From an uncultured delta proteobacterium (lineage in GTDB: Bacteria; Desulfobacterota; Binatia; UBA9968), in NCBI GenBank assembly GCA_963840855.1, contig CAWJBB010000041.1, positions 32,001-96,000 on the forward strand: a DNA stretch of 64,000 nucleotides. Reading direction: 5' to 3'. Positions 1 through 10,055 of this stretch are shown here, in pieces; position 1 is the first letter of the stretch; each line of letters starts with the position of its first letter. The notes under the pieces were generated by a model. That model made no database searches and was not told the origin of the DNA. It saw only the letters and a list, made by a program, of their open reading frames with translations. The translations under genes were made by a program, and so were the position numbers.

Positions 1-647
1 TTGATAACATGATCGACGGCCTAACCGGTCCGCTCAACGGCAAGCAAACCCGATATATGACAGGGATCAAAGATAGCACGGAGCGTTTGGCGCGGCTCAT
101 CCGAGATCTGCTGGATCTCTCGGTGATCGAGACCGGGAAGAGCGAATTGAAGCCCGCAAGGTTCTCTCTCACTAGTTTGATTCACGAAGTGGTGGAAACC
201 CTGAAGCCATTGGCAGTGGAAAAAGGTATCTCAGTGGAAATTGCCCGGACCCATGGCGACCCAACGGCCTGGGCGGACCGCGACAAAATTACGCAAGTCC
301 TGACCAACTTGATCGTCAATGCGGTGAAATTTTCGCCAGCTGGAGGTAGTTTGAAGCTGAGCATGGCGCCGGCAAACGACCGCGGGTTGCTGGAGGTTTC
401 GGTCTCGGATACGGGACCCGGAATTCCGCCGACCGAAGTCGAGCGGATCTTTCATGAATTCTATCAGATCAGCCAACCCGGCCGCGAGAAAACGATGGGC
501 GTCGGACTTGGGTTGGCGATTTCAAAAAAGCTCGTCGAGATGCATGGCGGCAAGATTCGCGTGGAAAGCGTCCCGGGTGAAGGCAGCACGTTCTTCTTTA
601 CCCTTCCGGTGTGGCAGCCGCGCACAAATTCGTCCTTGCCGAGTTGA
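1..647 (+). CDS. Sensor histidine kinase, C-terminal part (5' truncated by window)
   Basis: HATPase motifs QVLTNLIVNAVKF, DTGPGI, GVGLGL, GEGSTF; frame open upstream of ATG 9. Confidence 0.93.
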   Translation, partial: DNMIDGLTGPLNGKQTRYMTGIKDSTERLARLIRDLLDLSVIETGKSELKPARFSLTSLIHEVVETLKPLAVEKGISVEIARTHGDPTAWADRDKITQVLTNLIVNAVKFSPAGGSLKLSMAPANDRGLLEVSVSDTGPGIPPTEVERIFHEFYQISQPGREKTMGVGLGLAISKKLVEMHGGKIRVESVPGEGSTFFFTLPVWQPRTNSSLPS

Positions 648-658
648 GGAACAGATCA

Positions 659-2011
659 ATGAAGTTGTTTGGCGAAACCATTCTAGTTGCTGACGATGAC
701 CCGTACGTTCAAGAGGCTCTAAAGGACCGACTCGAATCCCTCGGTTGTCGCGTCTTGCAAGCGGCCGATGGCTTGCAAGCTGTGGAGATCATCGAGCGTC
801 AGACCCCGCACATGGCATTTCTGGACATCGAAATGCCGGGCATGAAGGGGCTGGATGTTCTAAGGGAGATACGCAAGCGCGATCACAATTTGCCGGTCGT
901 GATTATTACCGCCTATGGCACAATCGGTTTGGCCGTGGAAGCTATGAAGGAAGGCGCCTACGATTTTATTGCCAAGCCGTTTCAGGGTGGCCATATCGCA
1001 CTGGTGGTACAGAAGGCTTTGGAAAAAGAAAGACTGACGCGGGGAATCGAAGTCTTGTCGGAGGAGATCGATAAGCGTTACCAACTCACTATTGGCGCAA
1101 GTCTCGAGATGAATCGCGCCCTCGATTCGGCGCGCAAGGCGGCGATCAGCAGCTCCACCGTCTTGTTGCTTGGCGAAAGCGGCACCGGCAAGGAAGTCTT
1201 CGCCCACGCGATTCACAATTGGAGCGAGCGCAAAGACAAGCCATTCGTCGCCATCAACTGCGTCGGCCTTTCGCGCGAGCTTTTGGAGAGCGAGCTTTTC
1301 GGCCATGAAAAAGGCGCGTTTACCGGCGCCAGCGAACTGAAGAAAGGCAAGATCGAGCTCGCTCACGGCGGCACGGTTTTCCTCGACGAGGTCGGCGATA
1401 TATCCGCGGAATTGCAGACCAAGCTACTGCGTTTTTTGCAGGAACGAGAGTTCGAGAGGGTCGGCGGCATCAAGCCGATCAGTGTCGATGTCAGGATCAT
1501 CGCCGCCACCAATCGTGATCTGGAAAACGCTCTCCAAACGGGCCAGTTCCGCGCCGATCTGTTCTATCGACTCAACGTGGTGCCGATTGCGCTGCCGCCG
1601 CTGCGCCAGCGCAGAGAGGATATACCGGTTCTCGCCGCTTATTTTCTGCAGCGTTTCGCGGTTGAAACGAAGAAACGCTTTACGGATATCAGCCCTGACG
1701 CGGCGGAATCGCTGCTGACCTACGACTGGCCCGGCAACGTGCGCGAACTTGCCAACGTCATCGAGAGGGCCGTGGTGCTCGGCCAGGGACCGGAACTGAC
1801 GCTGCTCGACCTGCCGGGTAACGTTGTTTCGGCGGCTCCGGGTCCGGCGATCGAAAGCTCTAACTATCACGATGCCGTCGATGCCTACCGGCGCGAGTTG
1901 ATCGCAAAAACCCTCGAACAAGCCCAGGGTAGCCGGGCCGCCGCGGCGAAAATGCTGGGCCTGCAGAGAACCTATCTTTCGCGTCTAATCAAGTCTCTGG
2001 GGATCGAATGA
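659..2011 (+). CDS. Sigma-54-dependent response regulator (NtrC/AtoC family)
   Basis: Receiver domain (ADDD, LDIEMPG), Walker A GESGTGKE, GAFTGA, WPGNVREL, C-terminal Fis-type HTH; GAGG upstream of ATG 659. Confidence 0.95.
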   Translation: MKLFGETILVADDDPYVQEALKDRLESLGCRVLQAADGLQAVEIIERQTPHMAFLDIEMPGMKGLDVLREIRKRDHNLPVVIITAYGTIGLAVEAMKEGAYDFIAKPFQGGHIALVVQKALEKERLTRGIEVLSEEIDKRYQLTIGASLEMNRALDSARKAAISSSTVLLLGESGTGKEVFAHAIHNWSERKDKPFVAINCVGLSRELLESELFGHEKGAFTGASELKKGKIELAHGGTVFLDEVGDISAELQTKLLRFLQEREFERVGGIKPISVDVRIIAATNRDLENALQTGQFRADLFYRLNVVPIALPPLRQRREDIPVLAAYFLQRFAVETKKRFTDISPDAAESLLTYDWPGNVRELANVIERAVVLGQGPELTLLDLPGNVVSAAPGPAIESSNYHDAVDAYRRELIAKTLEQAQGSRAAAAKMLGLQRTYLSRLIKSLGIE

Positions 2012-2055
2012 AAGCGGTTTGCCAATCACGGCATGAATCCTTTCGGATAATGGGT

Positions 2056-2073
2056 TGTATCCGATGGTATACA
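2056..2073. promoter_or_regulatory. Candidate enhancer-binding-protein site (inverted repeat TGTAT-N8-ATACA)
   Basis: TGTATCCGATGGTATACA about 95 nt upstream of a sigma-54 promoter. Confidence 0.5.
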
Positions 2074-2167
2074 CTGAATTCGCATATTGCTGCTCTCCGC
2101 CAGTATTCAAAAGGTCTTTTATGAGCTAAGTCGCAGGGTTGTGGGCCGAATCCAGACCCGTATAGCT

Positions 2168-2183
2168 TGGCACGGCGGCTGCA
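2168..2183 (+). promoter_or_regulatory. Sigma-54 (-24/-12) promoter
   Basis: TGGCACGGCGGCTGCA: GG-N10-GC with TGGCACG consensus. Confidence 0.75.
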
Positions 2184-2244
2184 TAAATGGCCCCAGAGTT
2201 TCCGGTAATCATCAAAGTGGTTGGGTCGAAAAGATGAGGTGTCA

Positions 2245-2631
2245 ATGAATAGGTTTATACTTTTGCCCCCGCTCCCCAATGAAGGCGCAAAATCCTCCGA
2301 GGACGCGCATGAGACGGAAATAGCAGCCGTCGTGCATGAATTAAAGAATCAAGCCTGCACGATTGGCCTGGGAATCGCAGCGCTCAAGTATCCTGATGAA
2401 ACCGAGGATGAGAGACAGTGCCATCTCGCCGCGTTGGAGGCTGTGATCGGTGCCATGAGCCGGCAGTTCAATCGGTTGGATGATTGGCTCATAGACGCTG
2501 GCTACAAACGCAAACCAGGGGAACCGATCAGCCGGGCGCGGGACCGGCGAACCAAGGCGCGGCCGCACGCATCAGGGCGCCGCCGTCAGAGTGGTTTAGC
2601 GCCACCGGTGCCCGTTACCATTCGAAAATAA
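2245..2631 (+). CDS. Small protein with a HisKA H-box-like segment and no ATPase domain
   Basis: GAGG RBS before ATG 2245; AAVVHELKNQ...IGLGIAAL resembles an H-box helix; follows a sigma-54 promoter. Confidence 0.55.
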   Translation: MNRFILLPPLPNEGAKSSEDAHETEIAAVVHELKNQACTIGLGIAALKYPDETEDERQCHLAALEAVIGAMSRQFNRLDDWLIDAGYKRKPGEPISRARDRRTKARPHASGRRRQSGLAPPVPVTIRK

Positions 2632-2655
2632 TCGAGACGCATGAACTCGCCTTGT

Positions 2656-3654
2656 TTATCCGGCCGCGCTAAGTGTGGCGTAGTTTTGTATGTCGAGCGG
2701 CCGTTTTCCTGATTCCAGCTCGCGGATCATGTTCAGAACCTTTTGACAGAGCGGCGTCGGGATGTCGCGCTTTTTTCCCTCGGCCACGACATAAGCCAGA
2801 ATGAAATCCGCTTCCGTTTTGATACCCTTCTGAATCTGCCTGAGCGGCCCCTTGCGGTCATCTAAGTTCCACGATTTGGCGAACTCATTTACCGCCGAGA
2901 GCCGTTTGTCGAATGAATTGCTCGGATGGAAATCCGGCGGGTTGTATTCCGTCAGGCGAATCCAGCGCGCGCCCGCGGCTTGGCCGACGGCGACGACTTC
3001 ACCGAAAAAATTCGCAAGAGCCCGGCGGTCGGCGGCGGCGGCGCAACTCGTCGCCAACGAGGCGTCGGCCAGCGACCCATAGTAACCGAGACACGTGTAG
3101 GTCAGTTTGCTCCACAGCACGCCGAGGATGTTTTCGGAAATTTCCGTTTCCATCACCGTGTTGAGAAGTCCGCTGAGGCTTTCAAGCTGCGGCGTTGTCC
3201 TACCGTGGAGGTGGCCGATGTATAGATGGCCGCGATTGGCCGTGCGCAAGTGCCCCGGACCGACCTTGCGGCTGCCCATGCGGATCGCCATGCCGACGGT
3301 GCGGTCGGGACCGACTCGGTCTTGCAGCAACGGTGGATTGATGCCGTTCTGCATGGACACGAGCAAGCCGTCGTCGGCGAGGCGTGGCATGACCGTGCTC
3401 AGCGCATCCGGCGTGTAATTGGACCGTACCGCAATCATGCCGATGTCGTATTTGCCGTCGATCTCATTGGGGAAAACAACGTTGATTTTGACGTTAAAAG
3501 CACCGTCCGGCACTTCGACTTGCAGGCCCTTTTCACGAATGGCCGAGACATGCTCCTTGTCGATGTCGACGAAAGTGATGTCATTGCCCGCGCGGGCGAG
3601 TCTGCCGCCGATGATGCCGCCGATGGGTCCCACGCCGATGACGATTATGCGCAT
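2656..3654 (-). CDS. Ketopantoate reductase (PanE/ApbA) family oxidoreductase
   Basis: GVGPIGG Rossmann motif, MQNG, WSKL, KTEAD, IPTP; GGAGG RBS. Confidence 0.88.
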   Translation of the reverse strand: MRIIVIGVGPIGGIIGGRLARAGNDITFVDIDKEHVSAIREKGLQVEVPDGAFNVKINVVFPNEIDGKYDIGMIAVRSNYTPDALSTVMPRLADDGLLVSMQNGINPPLLQDRVGPDRTVGMAIRMGSRKVGPGHLRTANRGHLYIGHLHGRTTPQLESLSGLLNTVMETEISENILGVLWSKLTYTCLGYYGSLADASLATSCAAAADRRALANFFGEVVAVGQAAGARWIRLTEYNPPDFHPSNSFDKRLSAVNEFAKSWNLDDRKGPLRQIQKGIKTEADFILAYVVAEGKKRDIPTPLCQKVLNMIRELESGKRPLDIQNYATLSAAG

Positions 3655-3873
3655 GGCTGTGATTCCTCCAAGATGCATAGATAGTTGAAGCGCAAATTTT
3701 GGTCAAGTCGAAGGCCGACACCGAAATGTGAAGCGCGCCGTCGATAACCACCGAGGCTCGCTTCGCTTGACAGCGGAGGAAGCTCTCTGTAGAGCATCGT
3801 TAAACGAAGCCCCTTCAGCCGATTGCGGCCATTGTCAACCTCAGCTGAAATCTTCAAGGACTGGAGCAACGAA

Positions 3874-4974
3874 ATGCTGTTATTAAATAATGCCGACGTC
3901 GCCGGCGTGCTGACCATGGAAGTCACCATGCGAGCGCTGGAAGACGCCTACCGCGAATTGACCGATAGGCGGGCCGTGTGCCGGCCGCGCATCGATATTC
4001 AGATTCCAACCCAAGACCCCGCAAAAATTTTTCAATGGGGAACCATGGAAGGCGGTTCGACGTCCGGCTACTTCGCCATCCGCATGAAGTCCGACGTGAT
4101 CTACGAACAAGAGTACGAAGGCGCTCGCACGCAGGAAAAATATTGCGTCGAACCGGGAAAGTTCTGTGGCTTGATTCTTTTGATCGACATTCAAAACGCC
4201 GAGCCTGTGGCGCTGATGAATGACGGCTATCTCCAGCATATGCGCGTCGGCGCGGACTCCGGCATCGGCGCCAAGTATATCGCGCGCGAAGACGCCGAAG
4301 TGGTCGGCATGATCGGGTCGGGCGGCATGGCGCGCACCCATATCGAGTCTTTTCGGCTGGCCCGGAGTATCAAGAAAATTCAAGTCTACAGTCCGACGAA
4401 AGCGCATCGTGAAGAATACGCCAAAGAAATGGGCGAGCGCTTCGGCATTGAAACTATCCCGGTGGAAAATTTGCAGGACGTTTACAAAGGCGCGCATATC
4501 GTTGCCGGTTGCACGGATTCAGCAATACCGATCATCATCGGCAAATGGTTGGAAGAGGGCACTCATGTTACCTCTATCGGCGGCAAACCGGACGCAGACG
4601 CGCTTGAGCGCATCGATGTGTCGTTGCGTCTTGGCAATGCGCCGGCGCCGTGGGGCCTGCCGGAAATGGGTCTGCCGGATGAATATATCACCTATGCGGC
4701 GATGCCGAACGAGAACGCCGGTTTTCAAATGAAGCGGGCCGGCAAAAGAGCCCATGGCGCCATCGCCGAGGACCGCTGTGTTTTGTTGGAGGAACTATTG
4801 AGCGGCAAGAAAAAAGGGCGGACTTCAGATAAGCAGATCACTTACTCCGAGCGCGGCAATATCCAGGGCGCGCAGTTCTTTGCCGTTGCCGGCAAGGTCT
4901 ACGAGTTGGCCAAGGCGCAAAGGTTGGGGCGGGAAATTCCGACGGAATGGCTGCTGCAGGATATTCGGGATTAA
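3874..4974 (+). CDS. Ornithine cyclodeaminase / mu-crystallin family protein
   Basis: LMNDGYLQHMRVGA, IGSGGMA, GTHVTSIG; GGAG RBS. Confidence 0.88.
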   Translation: MLLLNNADVAGVLTMEVTMRALEDAYRELTDRRAVCRPRIDIQIPTQDPAKIFQWGTMEGGSTSGYFAIRMKSDVIYEQEYEGARTQEKYCVEPGKFCGLILLIDIQNAEPVALMNDGYLQHMRVGADSGIGAKYIAREDAEVVGMIGSGGMARTHIESFRLARSIKKIQVYSPTKAHREEYAKEMGERFGIETIPVENLQDVYKGAHIVAGCTDSAIPIIIGKWLEEGTHVTSIGGKPDADALERIDVSLRLGNAPAPWGLPEMGLPDEYITYAAMPNENAGFQMKRAGKRAHGAIAEDRCVLLEELLSGKKKGRTSDKQITYSERGNIQGAQFFAVAGKVYELAKAQRLGREIPTEWLLQDIRD

Positions 4975-5044
4975 GAAAACGTGCTCGTGATTCGTGATCG
5001 TAAATTCAGCAACATTAATCCCGAGCACGAACAACGAGGTTTCC

Positions 5045-6136
5045 ATGCCATTGTTTCTGAACAACGAAGATGTGGACCAGTTGCTCACCATGAAAGATAC
5101 GATGGCGGCGCTGGAAACTCTTTACCGGGAAATGGGCGACGGCGTCGCCGTCGCGGCACCGCGCTCTGATGTGCATTCGCCCACCGCTTCGGCGCAGAGC
5201 GCCGAAGGCCCCATGGCCCACTATCTCAAGAGCATGAGCGGCGCATCGCCGCACTTTGGCACCGCCGCTTTACGTTTCTCCTCCGACATCGTGGCATGGC
5301 GCGATACCGGCGGAGGGATGCGCCGGGAGAAGTTGCCGATGCTGCCGGGCAACCGCTGGATGGGCATCGTGCTGCTGTTCAGCACGGCTAATGGCGAGTT
5401 GTTGGCGATCATGAACGACGGCGTGCTGCAACGCTACCGCGTGGGTGGCGCCAACGGCGTAGCAACCCAATATATGGCGCGGCAAAACGCCGAGAGCGCG
5501 GGATTGATCGGTTCCGGCTGGCAGGCGGGAACTCAGGTGATGGCCGCGTGCGAAGCGCGCAAAATAAAAAGTATCAAGGTGTTCAGTCCGACCAAGGCCA
5601 ATCGCGAGAAGTTCGCCAAGGAAACCAGCCAGCAGGTCGGAGTGGAGATCGTTCCGGTGGCCTCGTACGAAGAGGCCGTGAAAGATGTGGACATCATCAT
5701 CACCTCGACGAACTCGCGCAAACCTTTTCTCGGCAAATGGGCGTTGAGAGAAGGTATTCATATCAGCAGCATGCAACGGGACGAGTTCGATGATGAAGCG
5801 TTAATGAGCTGCGCGCCCCTCGTGCTGCACAGCCATGCAACGGAAAACAACGTCACGTCATCGGCCCTGGCGCATTTCGAACGCGATGACTTCAAACTGC
5901 GCGATCACCCTACCGATCGCGGCATCGATTGGAAGTCGCTGCCGACGCTTGCCGATTTGCTCGCCGGCAAGATCAAAGGACGCGAAAGGGACGGCCAAAT
6001 TACCGGCTTCGTCAATAACATCGGCCTAGGCGCGCAGTTCGCCGCGGTGGGCAAGATAGTCTATGACGCCGCGAAAGCAAAAGGGGCAGGGCGCGAGGTG
6101 CCGCTGGATTGGTTTACCCAGGACGTTCATCCATAG
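5045..6136 (+). CDS. Ornithine cyclodeaminase / mu-crystallin family protein (second paralog)
   Basis: IMNDGVLQRYRVGG, IGSGWQA, GLGAQFAA; GAGG RBS. Confidence 0.88.
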   Translation: MPLFLNNEDVDQLLTMKDTMAALETLYREMGDGVAVAAPRSDVHSPTASAQSAEGPMAHYLKSMSGASPHFGTAALRFSSDIVAWRDTGGGMRREKLPMLPGNRWMGIVLLFSTANGELLAIMNDGVLQRYRVGGANGVATQYMARQNAESAGLIGSGWQAGTQVMAACEARKIKSIKVFSPTKANREKFAKETSQQVGVEIVPVASYEEAVKDVDIIITSTNSRKPFLGKWALREGIHISSMQRDEFDDEALMSCAPLVLHSHATENNVTSSALAHFERDDFKLRDHPTDRGIDWKSLPTLADLLAGKIKGRERDGQITGFVNNIGLGAQFAAVGKIVYDAAKAKGAGREVPLDWFTQDVHP

Positions 6137-6252
6137 GTTTGGTTTCTGAATTTCTGGTTTTGCAACGATGCCTGAAAATACCATGGAGGCGGGCACGAGT
6201 TGCTCCTGTTCACGACCCGCTGAACCCTATCCGGCCTAACTTTTTCTGATTC

Positions 6253-6289
6253 TGCTTACCTTTTGGGCATTATGCCTAAGTTCTAAGCA
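6253..6289. promoter_or_regulatory. Two tandem NtrC-type boxes (TGC-N11-GCA)
   Basis: TGCTTACCTTTTGGGCA (6253-6269) and TGCCTAAGTTCTAAGCA (6273-6289), 20 nt apart, upstream of a sigma-54 promoter. Confidence 0.7.
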
Positions 6290-6373
6290 ATAGTCTGTTT
6301 TTTTGCTCTCTTCAAATCTTCTAGTCTTGAACAAGTATTTGAATTTATTCAGCTCGTGCGCCCGCAAACGCCA

Positions 6374-6389
6374 TGGCACAGGCGTTGCT
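6374..6389 (+). promoter_or_regulatory. Sigma-54 promoter of the cyanate operon
   Basis: TGGCACAGGCGTTGCT, near-perfect -24/-12. Confidence 0.85.
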
Positions 6390-6519
6390 CCACCTCCACG
6401 TAAGTCCCGTCACAGAATCGTCGGGCGTGGGTAACCAGCTGCGTGTTGTCTGATTGTCGGTCCTGCAAAAAGCACTGGCTCTGGAAGAAGATCGGAGATT
6501 CCACCATGAGGAGGCCCGA

Positions 6520-7863
6520 ATGAGAGACGAGTTGTTTGGAAAAACAGCTCCCTTAGAACAAACCCGTGTCAACACTGTGGAACCGGTCAAGTCCGATGCC
6601 GCCGAGCAGCTGATAGATCAGGCCGTGGAGCGGGCCGTGACCGACGCCGTGTTCGGTCACCATGCCGAGCGGCGCGAGTTCCTGCACCATGTCGGAGTCG
6701 CTACCGCGGCGGCGATTCTCAGCTCGATTTTCCCGATGCACGCCGCGAAGACGTTGGCACAGGAAAAAACGGGCCCCATTGAAAAGAAGAGTCTCAAAGT
6801 CGGCTTCATCCCAATTACCTGCGCGACCCCCATCATCATGGCCGAACCGATGGGTTTTTATAAGAAGCATGGGCTCGATGTCCAGGTTCATAAAGCTTCC
6901 GGTTGGGCGATGATCCGCGATTTGTCGATCAACGGCGAGACCGACGCCACGCATATGCTGACGCCGATGCCGCTTGCGATCAGCATGGGCGCAGGCTCGC
7001 AAACTGTGCCTTTTGTCATGCCAGCCGTCGAAAACATCAATGGCCAGGCGATTACCCTGCACAACAAGCACAAAGGCGTGAAGGAAGCGAAGGACATGAA
7101 GGGCTTCAAGTTCTGCGTGCCCTTCGATTACTCGATGCATAATTTTCTGCTCCGTTACTATCTCGCGGAAGGCGGCGTCGACCCTGATAAAGACATACAG
7201 ATTCGTGTGGTTCCGCCACCGGAGATGGTGGCGAACCTCAGAGCGGGAAACGTCGACGGTTATCTCGCGCCCGATCCGTTCAACCAGCGCGCCGTATATG
7301 AAGGCGAAGGGTTCATTTTCATGCTCAGCAAAGACATCTGGCCGGGTCATCCCTGCTGCGCTTTTGCCGCGCGCAAAGACTTTGCCGAGAAGAATCCCAA
7401 TACCTTTCAAGCTTTGTTCAAAGCGATCGTCGATGCCACGAACTATGCCCACGATTCATCGCACCGAAAAGAAATCGCCAAAGCGATCGCGCCGCGCAAT
7501 TTTCTGAACCAGCCGGTAGAAGTATTGGAACAGGTCCTAACGGGAGTCTATCCCGACGGGCTGGGAAACACGAAAAACGTCCCGGACCGTATCGACTTTG
7601 ATCCGTTCCCGTATCATTCCATGGCGATCTGGATTCTTACGCAGATGAAGCGGTGGGGCTATATCAAGCAGGATGTCGACTACAAGAAGATCGCTCAAGA
7701 AGTCTATCTGGCGTCCGGTTGCCGCGAGGTCATGAAATCTCTCGGCTATAAGGTGCCGGCTCAGGACTCCATTAAACACCAGTTTGCCTTCGGTAAAAAC
7801 AAGACTTTCGATCCCAGCGCTCCCGCGGAATACATTCGTTCGTTTCCCATTCGTCGGGCGTGA
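6520..7863 (+). CDS. cynA: CmpA/NrtA/CynA-family ABC substrate-binding protein (probably cyanate)
   Basis: GFIPITCATP, PFDYSMHNFLLRYYLA, HPCC; Tat-like RREFL; operon ends in cyanase. Confidence 0.88.
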   Translation: MRDELFGKTAPLEQTRVNTVEPVKSDAAEQLIDQAVERAVTDAVFGHHAERREFLHHVGVATAAAILSSIFPMHAAKTLAQEKTGPIEKKSLKVGFIPITCATPIIMAEPMGFYKKHGLDVQVHKASGWAMIRDLSINGETDATHMLTPMPLAISMGAGSQTVPFVMPAVENINGQAITLHNKHKGVKEAKDMKGFKFCVPFDYSMHNFLLRYYLAEGGVDPDKDIQIRVVPPPEMVANLRAGNVDGYLAPDPFNQRAVYEGEGFIFMLSKDIWPGHPCCAFAARKDFAEKNPNTFQALFKAIVDATNYAHDSSHRKEIAKAIAPRNFLNQPVEVLEQVLTGVYPDGLGNTKNVPDRIDFDPFPYHSMAIWILTQMKRWGYIKQDVDYKKIAQEVYLASGCREVMKSLGYKVPAQDSIKHQFAFGKNKTFDPSAPAEYIRSFPIRRA

Positions 7864-7882
7864 AAGGGGAGGCGTCTCCGTT

Positions 7883-8686
7883 ATGGATCAAATCGGAGCC
7901 CTGTCTGAACGAAAGAAATCGATTTTATCCTCAGTCGTCCTGCTGACAGTTTTTCTTGCCATTTGGCAACTCTCGGTGCAAACCCCGATACCGGGAGGGA
8001 AAGCAGAGGGACTTCCCGGGCCTGTGGCCGTGGCCGCCCGCGCTTGGGAAATGATTTCGGATCCCTTCTACAACAATGGCCCCAACGACAAGGGAATCGG
8101 CATCCAACTCGGCTATAGCGTGGGGCGATTATTGATCGGCTACACTGCCGCAGCAGTGGTGGCGATTTGCCTGGGCGTCATGCTAGGTCTGTCGCCCGGA
8201 TTCTATCGCGCGCTCAATCCCTACATCCAGGTCTTGAAACCGATCTCACCCCTGGCGTGGATGCCGCTATTTCTTTACACGATCAAAGATTCGAGCCAGT
8301 CGGCGATCATGGTCATTTTCATGTCATCGCTATGGCCGATCCTTGCGAATACTGCATTCGGTGTTGCGGGTATCAAACGGGATTATTTGAACGTTTCGGC
8401 GCTACTTCAGCTCTCGTGGTTAAAGCGCCTGTGGAAAGTTATTTTGCCGGCGGCGGCGCCGGCGATTGTCGCGGGCCTGAGAATTTCCATCGGCAGCGCT
8501 TGGGTTGCCATCGTCGCGGCGGAGATGTTAATCGGCGGGACCGGGATCGGCTATTTTGTCTGGAACGAGTGGAACAATCTGCAATTGACCAGCGTGATCT
8601 TCGCGATCCTGATGACGGGGTTGGTGGGACTGCTCTTGGACATGGGCTTCGGCAGCATGGCGAAAACCTTGACGTACAGGGAGTAG
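7883..8686 (+). CDS. cynB: Nitrate/cyanate ABC transporter permease
   Basis: NGPNDKGIG, LKPISPLAWMP, IVAAEML. Confidence 0.88.
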   Translation: MDQIGALSERKKSILSSVVLLTVFLAIWQLSVQTPIPGGKAEGLPGPVAVAARAWEMISDPFYNNGPNDKGIGIQLGYSVGRLLIGYTAAAVVAICLGVMLGLSPGFYRALNPYIQVLKPISPLAWMPLFLYTIKDSSQSAIMVIFMSSLWPILANTAFGVAGIKRDYLNVSALLQLSWLKRLWKVILPAAAPAIVAGLRISIGSAWVAIVAAEMLIGGTGIGYFVWNEWNNLQLTSVIFAILMTGLVGLLLDMGFGSMAKTLTYRE

Positions 8687-8689
8687 ACC

Positions 8690-9532
8690 ATGTCATTTCT
8701 CGAAGTCGAGACCGTCAGCAAATATTTTTCCGAAGCGAGCGGAAGGCGGCTTTGTGTATTCGAAGACGTTCGCTTGCACATCCAAAAGAGTGAGTTCGTA
8801 ACCATGGTTGGACACTCGGGTTGCGGCAAGAGCACTCTTCTGAATATTATCGCCGGCCTGGAGAAACCGAGCAAGGGCGGAATCATCCTCGATGGGAAGG
8901 AGATCGATACTCCGGGGCTCGACCGCATGGTTGTTTTCCAGAATTTTTCGTTGCTGCCCTGGATGAGCGTTTACGAGAATATTCGCCTTGCAGTGAAAGC
9001 CGCCTTTGCTCCCTGGCAGGCGCAAAGGATCAACGACTACGTGCAGCGTTACATCAACATGGTTGGACTGGCCGGAGCCGAGCATAAGAAGCCGGCGGAA
9101 CTTTCCGGCGGTATGCGGCAACGCGTAGGGCTGGCGCGAGCCTTCGCCGTTCAGCCCAAGGTGCTTTTGCTCGACGAACCGTTTGCGCAGATCGACGCGT
9201 TGACCCGCGGCGCGATTCAAGACGAGCTCATGCGCATGTGGACGGCGACGAAGAATACCGTTTTTATGGTCACTCACGATGTCGAAGAGGCGATCTTGCT
9301 TTCGGATAAGATCGCGCTGATGACCAGCGGACCGTCGGCGCGATTGGCGGAAATCGTCGAGGTGAAATTTCCCCGTCCGCGGGTGCGGGAGGAGATTTTG
9401 GATCTGCCCGAGTTTATCCGGATCAAGAAGCAAATTATGCAGTTCCTCAAGAACTGCGCGTGCGAACAGCCGGCCACCGATGCGCCCTCGGCGGGCGTCG
9501 TAGTCAGCCGGCGGATCGCCGCTGAAGCGTAG
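8690..9532 (+). CDS. cynD: Nitrate/cyanate ABC transporter ATP-binding protein
   Basis: GHSGCGKST, LSGGMRQR, LLLDEPF. Confidence 0.88.
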   Translation: MSFLEVETVSKYFSEASGRRLCVFEDVRLHIQKSEFVTMVGHSGCGKSTLLNIIAGLEKPSKGGIILDGKEIDTPGLDRMVVFQNFSLLPWMSVYENIRLAVKAAFAPWQAQRINDYVQRYINMVGLAGAEHKKPAELSGGMRQRVGLARAFAVQPKVLLLDEPFAQIDALTRGAIQDELMRMWTATKNTVFMVTHDVEEAILLSDKIALMTSGPSARLAEIVEVKFPRPRVREEILDLPEFIRIKKQIMQFLKNCACEQPATDAPSAGVVVSRRIAAEA

Positions 9533-9595
9533 CGCATTGAGGTAAGAATCTTATTTGCCATTCGTGAAACTTGTAAAACAGGAAGGAGTTGAAAA

Positions 9596-10055
9596 ATGAT
9601 CACACGTCCAGAAGCTACCGCAAAGATTCTCGGAGCCAAGCAGAAGCTAAAACTTAGCTGGGAGCAGATTGCGAAAGGTGTGGGCCGCCACAAGATCTGG
9701 ACCACGGCGGCGTTACTCGGGCAACATCCGATGTCGGTCGAGGAAGCGGAGAGCGTCATAAAGATCCTCGGTTTTTCCGGTGAAGAAGCCCAAGCGGTTC
9801 TCCTCTGCACTTCAGGAGTTTCCGATGCGAGGATCGCTGGACGGCGCTGTTCCCGTCGATCCGACGATCTATCGCTTTTACGAACTCATCCAGGTTTACG
9901 GTCCAACTATCAAAGCGCTCATTCATGAAGAGTTTGGCGATGGGATCATGAGCGCCATTGATTTCGACATGGAGATCAAACGAAAAGAAGATCCCAAGGG
10001 CGACCGTGTGGTGGTTACATTAAACGGAAAGTTTCTGCCCTATAAAAAATTTTAG
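9596..10055 (+). CDS. cynS: Cyanase (cyanate hydratase), one frameshift near 9800
   Basis: N-half AALLGQHPM and C-half DPTIYRFYE...[14 protein letters not shown]...GKFLPY lie in different frames. Confidence 0.9.

Noticed and set aside
9790-9810. Programmed frameshifting in cynS and other genes
   Set aside because: No slippery site or stimulatory structure is evident; indels are widespread and better explained as errors.
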